The notes: generated from the sequence alone by a model not told the origin. A DNA stretch of 64,000 bases from an uncultured Chloroflexia bacterium (GCA_963752975.1 CAVWAG010000007.1:1793-65792); one strand, 5' to 3'; numbered from the stretch's first letter, positions 49,837 through 59,472 are shown. Numbers and translations are program-made.

Positions 49837-50953
49837 ATGTCAAAATCAATGTTCTCAACCGCACCGGCCAAGATCAAAGCGATCGGTTGCGGAGGCGGCG
49901 GATCCAACGCCATCACCCGCATGGTTCGCGAAGGCATCAAGGGAGTCGAATTCATCTGCATGAATACCGATGCCCAGGCACTGGCCCTGGCTGAAGTACC
50001 CGTGCGCATCCAGTTGGGAGAAAAGCTGACGCGCGGGCTTGGGCGCGGGCGGCGACCACACTGTCGGCCAGAAATCCGCCGAAGAAAGCCGCCAGGCTAT
50101 CCAGGAAGTAGTGTCCGGAGCGGACATGGTCTTCATAACGGCCGGCATGGGTGGCGGCACCGGCACCGGCAGCATACCTGTAGTAGCCGACGTAGCCCGG
50201 CAGTCCGGCGCGCTGACCATCGCCATCGTCACCAAGCCCTTCTCCTTCGAAGGAGCACGCCGCATGAAGGTCGCCGAAGAAGGCATACTGCAGCTTTGCG
50301 ACAAGGTGGACACGCTGGTCATCATTCCCAACGACCGCATTATCGAACTCTGTGACAACAAGACAACCGTAGACAACGCCTTCAGGCTGGCAGACGATGT
50401 GCTGAGGCTCGGCGTACAGGCCATAGCGGAAGTAGTCACGGTCCCCGGCCTTATCAACCTTGACTTCGCAGATATCCGGGCCATCATGAAGAACTCCGGC
50501 CCGGCCTGGATGTCAGTAGGCCACGGCAAAGGCTCCAGCAGGGCAATTGAGGCGGCCAAGAATGCGCTGGCCAGCCCGATGCTCGATGTTTCCATCAGCG
50601 GCGCCAAAGGCGTTCTTTTCAATGTCACCGGCGGCAGCAACCTGACCCTCTTCGAGTGCAACGAGGCTGCCGATGTCATTGCCCAGTCAGTCGATCCCGA
50701 TGCCAATATCATTTTCGGCGTCGTCTTTAACCCGTCCATGGAAGACGAGGTCCAGATCACCATCATCGCCACCGGTTTCACTGCACAATACGGTTCAGGC
50801 GTTCCGACTGAAGTTGAATTGCGCAGGCTGTTGCGTGGGGCAACCGAAGACAGCCTCGATGTCCCCTCATTCCTGAGGAGAGGCTCGCGTTATCCCAATG
50901 CGCAAGCGGCGGCCCCGCAGCCTGTAGCAAGCTACAACAGGATGCAACGCTAA
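49837..50953 (+). pseudogene. ftsZ: Cell division protein FtsZ, single 1-nt insertion
   Basis: ...[14 protein letters not shown]...GEKLTRGLG is followed in the +1 frame by [15 protein letters not shown]...[18 protein letters not shown] (tubulin signature). The sequence reads CTT GGG CGC, whereas CTT GGC GCG would keep the frame. This is an extra G in run 50041-50043. Confidence 0.92.
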
Positions 50954-50986
50954 AGCATTTACTATCCACAGCACCTTTACCGGAAA

Positions 50987-51012
50987 GGGCGGAGAATTTT
51001 CTCCGCCCTTTT
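50987..51012 (+). terminator. Rho-independent terminator after ftsZ
   Basis: GGGCGGAGA (50987-50995), loop ATTT, TCTCCGCCC (51000-51008), then TTTT. Confidence 0.8.
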
Positions 51013-51033
51013 CAATTTATGTCGTGTAACCCA

Positions 51034-51062
51034 TTGACTCTTACTATATGTTGTGTTAGTAT
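51034..51062 (+). promoter_or_regulatory. Putative nrdR-nrdJ promoter
   Basis: TTGACT (51034-39), a 17-nt spacer, then TAGTAT (51057-62). NrdR box 1 fills the spacer. Confidence 0.5.
51041..51056 (+). promoter_or_regulatory. NrdR box 1
   Basis: TTACTATATGTTGTGT matches 13/16 positions of the published NrdR-box consensus acaCwAtATaTwGtgt. Confidence 0.6.
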
Positions 51063-51071
51063 CCTCTTAGA

Positions 51072-51087
51072 CCACATAGTATAGTGT
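51072..51087 (+). promoter_or_regulatory. NrdR box 2
   Basis: CCACATAGTATAGTGT matches 12/16 positions of the consensus. It starts 31 nt after box 1, which is the classical tandem spacing. Confidence 0.55.
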
Positions 51088-51093
51088 TGTGAG

Positions 51094-51625
51094 ATGAAGT
51101 GTCCTAATTGCGGTGAGCCGGAATCGAAAGTTATAGACTCGCGCAGCCTTGGAGAGGAGATAAGGCGGAGGAGAGAGTGCATAAAGTGCCAGTTCCGCTT
51201 TACGACTTACGAAAGGCTGCAGACACAGGAACCTGTACGTGATAAAGAAAGACGGGCGCAGGGAGGAGTTCGACCGTGAGAAGCTGTTTTCAGGCATCCG
51301 CAAAGCCTGCGAGAAGCGCCCCATGCCGACCGGCGCCATCGATAAGCTGGTGGAATCAATCGAAGCTGAATTGTACACTACAGGCAAGGCCGAGGTACTC
51401 AGCACCTTGATCGGGAAGATCGTCGTCAGCAAATTAGCCGATGTCGACCATATCGCCTACATCAGGTTTGCCAGTGTCTATTACGAGTTCTCGGATATCT
51501 CCACGCTCAAGCAGGCAGTTGACACTTTAGTTGAGAACAAGCTGGGCGCCCCGCTGAGCGGCCAGCTGCCACTGATAAATAAGGATGAGATAGCCCGTCA
51601 AAAGCGCCGTGGCAAGCAGAGATAA
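51094..51625 (+). pseudogene. nrdR: Transcriptional repressor NrdR, single 1-nt frame disruption
   Basis: [48 protein letters not shown] is the Zn-ribbon. [28 protein letters not shown]... (ATP-cone) follows in the +1 frame. Removing C51238 restores ...PVVIKKDG. Confidence 0.9.
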
Positions 51626-54272
51626 GGTCATGGCAAATAAGAATGTCAGGAACCGGCTATCCGATTCCATCAGGAACTACATTGCTAAAACGGTTTTTAC
51701 CTACACGCAGACCATGGGACTCAAGGAAAGGAACGAAATAGAAGAGCTCACCGAAAAGGTAATCTCGAGGTTGGAGAAGAATATGTCTATGGATGAACAG
51801 ACTATAGCTAAAAGGTTGGAGCCGACCTTGCCCGGCATGGAACACCTGGTAGCGCCGATTATTCCACAACCTCCATCCAAAGACCGCATTGAAAACATAG
51901 TCAACGAGTTGCTGGCAGAAAAAGCCAGCGGCAGGCCTCCGGCCGGGAAACCGTCAGCGGATCTCGATCAACCTGCTATAACGCCGCCGGTAATAAAATC
52001 CACACCGGCCGTAGAACTGCCGCCGGCCGAGTTAACACTGACTGAAAACGCACTGGTAGTGCTTGAGAAAAGATACCTGCAGAAAGACGGCCAGGGCAAC
52101 GTAATTGAAACACCTGTCGATTTATTCAGGAGGGTCAGCAAACATATCGCCTCCGCCGAGCTGAAATTCGATAAGCAGGCAGACGCAGGGGAGTGGGAGG
52201 AGAAGTTCTTCAGGCTGATGACCTCGCTGGATTTCCTGCCCAATTCCCCCACGCTTATGAATGCCGGCCGTGAACTCGGGCAGCTCTCAGCCTGCTTCGT
52301 CCTGCCGATTGAGGACAGCATGGAATCCATCTTTGACGCCGTTAAATACACAGCGTTGATACATAAAAGCGGCGGCGGGACCGGTTTTTCATTCTCGCGT
52401 ATACGTCCTAAAAAAGACCGCGTGGGCTCCACCGGGGGCGTCGCCAGCGGCCCGGTATCCTTCATGCGCGCTTTTGATGTTGCCACAGATGTCATCAAGC
52501 AGGGCGGCATGCGGCGCGGCGCCAATATGGGCATCCTCAATATCGACCATCCCGATATCCTGGAGTTCATCTCGTCCAAGGAAGATCCCAAGGCTTTCAC
52601 CAATTTCAATATCTCGGTAGCTATCAGCGATGCCTTTATGAAGGCTGTTGAGCAGGATGCGGAGTATGACCTGGTGAACCCGCACAACAGGGAAGTGGAG
52701 GGGCGGCTGAGCGCGAGGCAGGTCTTCGATAAAATAGTCGACATGGCATGGAGGACCGGAGATCCGGGCATCATATTTATCGACCGCATCAACCAGTTTA
52801 ATTCTACGCCCAACCTGGGCAACATCGAGAGCACCAATCCCTGCGGAGAACAGCCGCTTCTGCCCTACGAATCCTGCAATCTGGGTTCCGTAAACCTCTC
52901 CAAAATGGTCAAGCAGGCCGGCGGTAAGAGCGAGATAGATTATGACAGGCTGCGCGGGACGGTGAAGCTGGCTGTGCGCTTCCTGGACGACGTGATCGAG
53001 GTCAACCAATTTCCCCTGCCCCAAATAGCCGAGATGACGCGCAAGACCAGGAAGATAGGACTGGGCGTCATGGGTTTCGCTGATATGCTGATCCAGCTTC
53101 AGATAGCCTATAATTCCGATAGAGCCCTGGAGATAGCTGAGCAAGTCATGCGCTTTATCTCCGAAGAGGCCACTGCGGAATCCGTTGCCTTAGGCCGGTC
53201 GCGGGGGCTTTTCCCGGCTTTTAGCGGGAGCGTGTACGACAGCGCAGGCGGACTGCGGGTGAGAAATGCCAACCGGACCACCATCGCTCCCACCGGTACA
53301 CTCAGCATAATCGCCGGCTGTTCCAGCGGTATAGAGCCCGTTTTCGCCCTGAGCTATTTCCGGCATATACTCGATGGTGAAAAGCTGGTTGAGGTGAACC
53401 CCTATTTCGAGAAGGCGTCCAGGGAGCAGAACTTCTATTCGCCGGGGCTAATGGAAAAGCTTGCCGGAGGGGAAAAGCTGGATACGATCAAAGAGGTCCC
53501 CTCGGAACTCAAGGGAGTCTTTGTAACATCTCACGAAATCTCACCCGAATGGCATATCAAGATACAATCCGCCTTCCAGAAGTACACCGACAGCGCTGTT
53601 TCCAAGACTGTCAACCTGCCGCACGAAGCTACCGTAGAAGATGTTAAGAATTCCTATTTAAGCGCCTACAAAGCCGGGTTGAAAGGCATCACCATCTACC
53701 GGGACAGAAGCCGCGACAGCCAGGTATTAAACACCGGTCAGAAAGACGCCGCCGCGGAGAGCAGCGAAGCGCCGGAAAAGGATCAGGAAGCAGAGGCCCG
53801 GTTGTCACCCCGCCAGAGGCCCAAGATCACGCAGGGCATAACAGAGCGGGTAACCACGGGTTGCGGGTATATCTACGTCACGGTAAATTATGACGATAAA
53901 GGGATTTGCGAGGTGTTTTCCAGCCTTGGCAAGGCAGGCGGATGTGCGTCGGCGCAGCTTGAAGCTACCAGCCGGCTCATCTCGCTGATATTCAGGTCAG
54001 GTATCGATGTCGGCTCGGTTATTAAACAGCTCAGGGCCATCAGGTGCCCGTCCGTTTCCTGGGAAAATGGGCGTGCTATACTATCCTGCGCTGACGCTAT
54101 CGGCAGCGTGCTGGAAAAATATATAAAAAGGGACGAGGAAGGCATACCCGTAGGGAATTATGTAAAGTCTTCTCCCGCTATCACCGGACTTTGCCCTGAT
54201 TGCGGCAACCTGCTGGTTTACCAGGAGGGCTGCCACATCTGCCCAAGCTGCGGCTACACCAAATGTGGTTAA
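51609..54272 (+). CDS. nrdJ: Adenosylcobalamin-dependent (class II) ribonucleotide reductase
   Basis: An 887-aa intact protein with TENALVVLEKRYL, NPCGEQPLLPYESCNLGSVNL and a C-terminal CPDCG...CPSCG Zn-finger. The start could be the ATG at 51630. Confidence 0.9.
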   Translation: MASRDKVMANKNVRNRLSDSIRNYIAKTVFTYTQTMGLKERNEIEELTEKVISRLEKNMSMDEQTIAKRLEPTLPGMEHLVAPIIPQPPSKDRIENIVNELLAEKASGRPPAGKPSADLDQPAITPPVIKSTPAVELPPAELTLTENALVVLEKRYLQKDGQGNVIETPVDLFRRVSKHIASAELKFDKQADAGEWEEKFFRLMTSLDFLPNSPTLMNAGRELGQLSACFVLPIEDSMESIFDAVKYTALIHKSGGGTGFSFSRIRPKKDRVGSTGGVASGPVSFMRAFDVATDVIKQGGMRRGANMGILNIDHPDILEFISSKEDPKAFTNFNISVAISDAFMKAVEQDAEYDLVNPHNREVEGRLSARQVFDKIVDMAWRTGDPGIIFIDRINQFNSTPNLGNIESTNPCGEQPLLPYESCNLGSVNLSKMVKQAGGKSEIDYDRLRGTVKLAVRFLDDVIEVNQFPLPQIAEMTRKTRKIGLGVMGFADMLIQLQIAYNSDRALEIAEQVMRFISEEATAESVALGRSRGLFPAFSGSVYDSAGGLRVRNANRTTIAPTGTLSIIAGCSSGIEPVFALSYFRHILDGEKLVEVNPYFEKASREQNFYSPGLMEKLAGGEKLDTIKEVPSELKGVFVTSHEISPEWHIKIQSAFQKYTDSAVSKTVNLPHEATVEDVKNSYLSAYKAGLKGITIYRDRSRDSQVLNTGQKDAAAESSEAPEKDQEAEARLSPRQRPKITQGITERVTTGCGYIYVTVNYDDKGICEVFSSLGKAGGCASAQLEATSRLISLIFRSGIDVGSVIKQLRAIRCPSVSWENGRAILSCADAIGSVLEKYIKRDEEGIPVGNYVKSSPAITGLCPDCGNLLVYQEGCHICPSCGYTKCG

Positions 54273-54305
54273 GTGAATAATCTGAGTTGTGAGGATCGAT
54301 GAGGC

Positions 54306-55728
54306 ATGGATGAAAAGGAAAACCGCTATGCGCTTGCCTTTAAGCAGATCGCCAGGATAATCAACAGTCCCCTGCCGGTAAAAAAAATGGTCAGCGGGGT
54401 TTGCGCCAGCGCCACGCGGGGCTTACAGGCTGCCGGATGTGCAGTCATGCTGCTCAACCCGCAGAAGGAATACCTCGATATCATCGGCGCTCATGGTCTG
54501 AGCGACATATACCTTCGCAAGGGGCCCATCAATGCACGCAAGAGCTATGGCGACATCCTCGAGGGCACCACCGTCGCCGTGGATGATGTCCAGATGGACA
54601 AGAGGACACAGTATCCCGAGCAAGCGGTCAAAGAAAACCTCAAATCGCTGCTGGGCGCTCCCATACGGCAGAAAGGCGAGGTGATCGGCGAGATCAGGTT
54701 ATATACACGTGTAAAACGCCGTTTCAAGCCTCATGAGAAGGATTTTTTAGTTACGGTGGCCAATATCCTGGCAGTGACGCTGGAGAAGATCGAGCTTAAC
54801 CAGTACCTGAATAAACAGCACGAATCAAACATCTCGCGGCAAAAGAAGCTGACCAGTTTTTCCGACCTGCCGATGAGGCCTATACGGCCCATGAATTTCG
54901 GCCACCCCAGCGAAGAGGAGTTTGCGCGCCTTCTGGACTTCTACCAGGTGGAATGGCTATATGAGCCGCGTTCGTTCCCGCTTTCTACAGACAATGGCAG
55001 GATAACCGAGATGTTCACCCCTGACTTTTATCTGCCTGAAATCAACCTTTTCCTGGAACTAACCACCGCCAGACAGAGCCTGATCACCGAGAAAAATCAC
55101 AAGGTACGCAAATTGAAGGAGCTTTACCCGGATATAAATATCCGGCTGCTCAATAAGAGCGACTACCTGAAACTATTCGCCAAGTATGGCTTTATCACGC
55201 CGGGGGAAAACAAGATGACCGGCATAGGCAGGCTGCTTTTAAGCAAGACCCAGATACAGCGGCGCGTCAAATTACTGGCCAAGCAGATCTCCAGGGATTA
55301 CCAGGGCCGGGAACTGATCATGGTAGGCATTTTAAAAGGCGTCCTGTGCTTTATGTCCGACCTGATGTTGAATATGTCCATACCGGTGGTTATTGATTTC
55401 ATGGCTATCTCAACCCTGGATCAGCAGGTCGATTCAGCCGTACAGATCACTGAAGGACCTGGATACTGAAATCGGAAACAAGCATGTGCTGATGGTCGAG
55501 GATATCGTGGATACGGGCATGACACTGAATTACGTGCTCAATTATCTTTCCGCCCGCAATCCGGCCAGTTTGAAAGTGTGTACACTACTGGATAAAAGGG
55601 TACGCAGACTGATTGATGTGCATATAGATTATGTCGGGTTTGAAGTGCCCGATGAATTTGTGGTTGGTTACGGCCTTGATGTAGCCGGCAAATACCGCAA
55701 CCTCCCGGATATAGGGATTCTTGAATAA
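54306..55728 (+). pseudogene. hpt: GAF domain - uncharacterised domain of about 110 aa - hypoxanthine phosphoribosyltransferase fusion, one frame disruption in the HPRT part
   Basis: Residues 1 to about 165 are GAF-like (VCASATRGLQAAGCAVMLL...APIRQKGEVIGEIRLY). Residues 195-300 are FGHPSEEEFARLLDFYQVEWLYEPRSFPL...FTPDFYLPEINLFLELT... From about 305 the sequence is HPRT (LLLSKTQIQRRVKLLAKQISRDY...VGILKG; after a shift near 55455, [25 protein letters not shown]...[20 protein letters not shown]). Confidence 0.75.
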
Positions 55729-55962
55729 CGCAAAAAATAAATTGCCCCAAGTAACCTCAGTTTCCCGGTTCCTCATCCGCCCACTCTGCACTGCTCAGCC
55801 ATCGCCTCACGTGTGCCCGGGTCCTCTGCCTCCCCGTTCCAACTTCGATTACTTGGGACGTTAATAAAATTAGCACATAACCGCATACATGTCAATACCC
55901 TCTTTATAGCTGAAAAAATTTTATTGAAAAATATTTTCCCAGGATAATTACCGGACAAAAAC

Positions 55963-56140
55963 GTCATTGTGCCTCCAACGGCCGTATTGCTGCGGCCGCT
56001 ACGGCGGCCTCGCAATGACGAGGGTAAGGAGAGCCCTCCTCAAAAATGTCTTTGCGAGGAGCCCGCAGGCGACGCGGCAATCCCATGGCAATGCACTATG
56101 CCTTCGATCATGAGATTGCTTCGCTCACTCCCGCGATGGC
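55963..56140. repeat. REP-like unit cluster
   Basis: The cluster begins GTCATTGTGCC... and contains ...GGCCTCGCAATGACG (ending 56020). GTCTTTGCGAGGAGCCCGCAGGCGACGCGGCAATCC lies at 56048-56083. GATTGCTTCGCTCACTCCCGCGATGGC lies at 56114-56140. ORFs 55969..56151 and 56046..56327 are repeat translations. Confidence 0.8.
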
Positions 56141-56147
56141 ATATTCC

Positions 56148-56174
56148 GTAGGGGCGTACCTTCAGGTGCGCCCG
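56148..56174. repeat. Second copy of the 27-nt hairpin GTAGGGGCGTACCTTCAGGTGCGCCCG
   Basis: It is identical to 17282-17308. A second GC hairpin (GACGGGTCTGAAGACCCGTC) follows. Confidence 0.7.
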
Positions 56175-56223
56175 ATATCGCGGACGGGTCTGAAGACCCG
56201 TCCCCACGACTACGGCTATTTGG

Positions 56224-56958
56224 TCACCGGAAGAGCATGCTATAGGCGTCGATTATCTCGCTTCCCCAGAAGAGGGCAATCAGCCCACCGGCGGCTAAAA
56301 ATACTCCGAACTGCAACGGTTCATTGAATTTCTTCAGCTTCCAGAGAATCAGAATGGCCGCGGTCAACGCGCCCGCCAGTATGGCTATATACAAGGCTAC
56401 TAATATTTGCGGGAAACCGACTGACGCGCCAATCAACCCGGCCATATCTACATCGCCGTAACCGAGGACGCTTTTCTTGAATAAGTGAGGCAGCGCCCAG
56501 AGCAGGAAAAAAAACCCGTAGCTGACGGCCAGGCCTTCAAGCGAGCTAATAATGCCAGGCAGAGTTCCGGTCAGCGGACTCAGCAGCGCAATAATCAAAG
56601 CCAGCATGATACCCGGGTAGACGATAAGATGGGGTAAAATGCACTGCTCAAGGTCTGTGATAAAGAGAATAATATAAAACGAGATGAAGATGATAGCCGA
56701 TGCTAATTGCCAGGTTACACCGAAGGTAAAGAAAGCCAGCACGAAGAGCAGGCCGGCAGCCAGTTCCACCACCATCGAGCGAACGGGGAAAGGCTCCCCG
56801 CAATAACGGCATTTTCCCCTCAATATCAGGTAGCTCACTATAGGAAAGAGGTCGCACGGTTCCAGCATATGCCCACAACTGGAGCATTGCGAGGGAGGAT
56901 GAACGATCGACTTCCCCGCCGGCACGCGATCGGCTACCACGTTAAGGAAGCTGCCCAT
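56224..56958 (-). CDS. pilD: Prepilin peptidase (A24 family, PilD-like)
   Basis: A 244-aa protein with GSFLNVVADRVP, CSSCGH...CRYCG (Zn motif) and GYGDVDMAGLIGA (catalytic Asp). The upstream in-frame sequence IFLAAIIFLLGIS lacks a start, so the N-terminus may be truncated or displaced. Confidence 0.88.
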   Translation of the reverse strand: MGSFLNVVADRVPAGKSIVHPPSQCSSCGHMLEPCDLFPIVSYLILRGKCRYCGEPFPVRSMVVELAAGLLFVLAFFTFGVTWQLASAIIFISFYIILFITDLEQCILPHLIVYPGIMLALIIALLSPLTGTLPGIISSLEGLAVSYGFFFLLWALPHLFKKSVLGYGDVDMAGLIGASVGFPQILVALYIAILAGALTAAILILWKLKKFNEPLQFGVFLAAGGLIALFWGSEIIDAYSMLFR

Positions 56959-57024
56959 GCTGATCCCCAGCAGAAATATTATGGCCGCCAGGAAAATCTC
57001 CAGTTTAATACCAACCTTTCGAAA

Positions 57025-59472
57025 TCATTTAGTCTGCCGGGCAGAAAGGGATGCCGTAATATCGTTTGCTGCAGCCTGTAGCACGTGGTTATTCCAGGGG
57101 AAAGCAGTGATCACGCCCTTCAACACAGCGACATCCTCGTCAGGAATCAGCTCTGCCGATTTACTGAAGGCCTCTATCGCTTCGCCCGATTTCTTAGCAT
57201 ACATATCCGCGATGCCCAGGAAAGACCAGGCAATCCAATCGCCCTTATCATCCACATAGTATTTTAAATTGTCGGCTACAACGTCGATCACTCCATAATT
57301 AGCTGCCTGTCTGCAGAAATTTATGAAATAATCGATGTCATTCGGGCCTTTATAGATAAGGCTCGTCAGCCGGGCATCTCCCTTTTCAGGAAGGACGAAC
57401 ATCTCACTTGCTTTTTCTTTGTCCCCTTGCAGGCTTTTGAGCAGCCCGCCATAAAACGAATTCTGCGTCCATAAAGGGTCAGCCTTCTCTGCTTCATCAA
57501 GCTTTTGCCCGGCCTCCTGATAATCTCCTTTAAGCATCAATGCCAGCGCCCATTTATCAAGTATCACCGCATTGCCCGGCAGTTGCCTGTCGGCGCGCTC
57601 ATAATTAGTTATAGCTTGCCGCCACTTCTCCTTGTCGATATGGTTCGCCCAGTACGAATATACATCACCGGTGGTATATGCCCAGTAAGCCAGCAGAGGC
57701 TCCAACCGGGCGGCATTCTCGTAACTGGCTGCGCTGAAGGCTATGAGTGTGGCCTTCTGAGTAGCGTTATCAGAAAGGTCAGCCAGCGTATAGGCGTATG
57801 CTCCGATATAGCTGCTGTTAACTGACTCGCGCGGCTCCAGACTTATAGCTTCAGCAAAATCAGCCATAGCCTTATTGGCATCCTCTGACCACGCCCGTAT
57901 GGCATTGCTTAATTTGATATCGGCCATAAACTGGCTGTAGACAAGAGTAAAACCAAGCAGCATAAGAACGGATAGCATAGACCATGCTGCGATTTTTCTT
58001 ATTCTGACCGGCTTATTCTCCGCCAGGATATCCTGATTAGTTGTATTGCTTTCACCATCATACACTGTTGAGGTGTCCTTTATGTAAATATGTATAGCAG
58101 CCGCCATCAGGCTCGCCAGCAGCCAGAGTGTGTATTCCTGAATAATCTCGGAAGGGTTGAATAAAATATAGATACAATACTGCAGCATTGCTGATATGAG
58201 AGCGGCAGCCACCATATATGCCTGCTTGTCTCTACTCTCTACCAGTAACCTGTAGCCCAGCCACAAGAATATTATTATTATGGCAAGAAAGCCTGCCAAA
58301 CCCAGCAAACCGTTGTTAGCCCAAAGGTATAAATAGTGATTTTCCGGCTGCCCGAGCAAAACCGAGCTATAAGTATCCTGGCTTTTCATAGCCGTCGGAT
58401 AGCGTGTCTGAGATGTCACGATGAAGGTTTCCGGGCCATATCCGAAAAGGTGTCTTAATTGGCGGTAACTATCAGTGTAAAAGGGTACCTCCGGCCTTTC
58501 CATGGCCACGCTTATTGCGCATCGCCAGATGTCGACCCGCAGGTCCATGGTTTTTAGTCCCACTTGCCCGGCAAATGTAGCAACGGCAGGTTCAGGTTGA
58601 TGGGATGTCCGCTCTGTTCTCGGTAACACCAGCTGCCCCACGGAAACGACCGCAATAATTACCAGCACGGCCAGCATCAGCACACTCAACACCACCACAG
58701 CCTTTTTTCGTAAATATATGCCCCACAGCAGCAAAAATAGGAACGTGCCAGGTATGAAAAGTAATAAAGTTATGGAATACTGGGCAAAGGCCAGGCAAGC
58801 AAATTGCAGTACAAATATTACCAGTAGAACTATGATTTTCATCTGTTTTCCTTGAGGCACCGGCTTGGCATGCCATGATAATACGATCAAGGCCGCGTTA
58901 ACCGGCAGCACAACTGCGAGAAAACCACTCAAGGACAATGGATTTCCTACAGTTGAAAAAACCCTGTCGTTGAACCCGTACCAGGGCAGGATGCCAGGCC
59001 AGGCAAATTGGATAATCCCAATGCTGGCCACTATGCCGGCCGAAAAGGTCAGCGCATAAAGAGCTCTGTATAACCGGGCCTGGCTGCGTATTTTGTCCGC
59101 TACTATCAGAAAAAAAATAATCCAGGCTACTGTTGAGACTAACCCGGCCTTACGCCCCATGCTTCCCCACACACTTGTATACGGTGATATCGACAATAAG
59201 GTAGATACCAGCCAAGCCAAACCGAAAAACAATATTACCGTTTGCAGAGGCGACTTTTTAACGAACTGCCACCCATTGACGCTGTTAGAACCTCGATTAA
59301 GTAAAATCCATTGTGCCGTATATAATCCCAGGAGCAGGGCCACCATGAACTGCAGCAGCATTGATTTGGCAAAGTAGAAAACCTCGTAACCCCACGGGTT
59401 AAGCCATAAGGGCAGGAGGAAAATTATTCCGAGCCATGTGATCTCAAGTCCACTATTAAGTTTATTGTACAT
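57025..59472 (-). CDS. O-antigen-ligase-like (Wzy_C) polytopic membrane protein with C-terminal TPR repeats
   Basis: It has about 12 TM helices, then LFGYGPETF...GQPENHYLYLWANNGLLGLAGF (the Wzy_C/WaaL-type H-N-x-Y-L motif). The C-terminal ~330 aa are TPR-like. I prefer the MYNKL start at 59472, because 59473-59541 overlaps a block conserved upstream of both pilin genes. Confidence 0.75.
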   Translation of the reverse strand: MYNKLNSGLEITWLGIIFLLPLWLNPWGYEVFYFAKSMLLQFMVALLLGLYTAQWILLNRGSNSVNGWQFVKKSPLQTVILFFGLAWLVSTLLSISPYTSVWGSMGRKAGLVSTVAWIIFFLIVADKIRSQARLYRALYALTFSAGIVASIGIIQFAWPGILPWYGFNDRVFSTVGNPLSLSGFLAVVLPVNAALIVLSWHAKPVPQGKQMKIIVLLVIFVLQFACLAFAQYSITLLLFIPGTFLFLLLWGIYLRKKAVVVLSVLMLAVLVIIAVVSVGQLVLPRTERTSHQPEPAVATFAGQVGLKTMDLRVDIWRCAISVAMERPEVPFYTDSYRQLRHLFGYGPETFIVTSQTRYPTAMKSQDTYSSVLLGQPENHYLYLWANNGLLGLAGFLAIIIIFLWLGYRLLVESRDKQAYMVAAALISAMLQYCIYILFNPSEIIQEYTLWLLASLMAAAIHIYIKDTSTVYDGESNTTNQDILAENKPVRIRKIAAWSMLSVLMLLGFTLVYSQFMADIKLSNAIRAWSEDANKAMADFAEAISLEPRESVNSSYIGAYAYTLADLSDNATQKATLIAFSAASYENAARLEPLLAYWAYTTGDVYSYWANHIDKEKWRQAITNYERADRQLPGNAVILDKWALALMLKGDYQEAGQKLDEAEKADPLWTQNSFYGGLLKSLQGDKEKASEMFVLPEKGDARLTSLIYKGPNDIDYFINFCRQAANYGVIDVVADNLKYYVDDKGDWIAWSFLGIADMYAKKSGEAIEAFSKSAELIPDEDVAVLKGVITAFPWNNHVLQAAANDITASLSARQTK

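Noticed and set aside
51609-54272. An intein or a B12 riboswitch associated with the class II RNR.
   Set aside because: The 887-aa ORF is colinear with class II RNR motifs and has no inserted Cys/Ser...HN block. The upstream region is occupied by nrdR and NrdR boxes, with no B12-box-like sequence.
55745-55856. A long-range inverted repeat (CCCAAGTAA ... TTACTTGGG) enclosing a C-rich segment of about 95 nt downstream of hpt, considered as an ncRNA or riboswitch.
   Set aside because: I could not match it to any riboswitch or RNA family consensus (B12, SAM, SRP, 6S). On the plus strand it follows a gene, and on the minus strand nothing lies downstream to regulate. It may be a terminator-like or MITE-like structure. 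The evidence is too weak to call.
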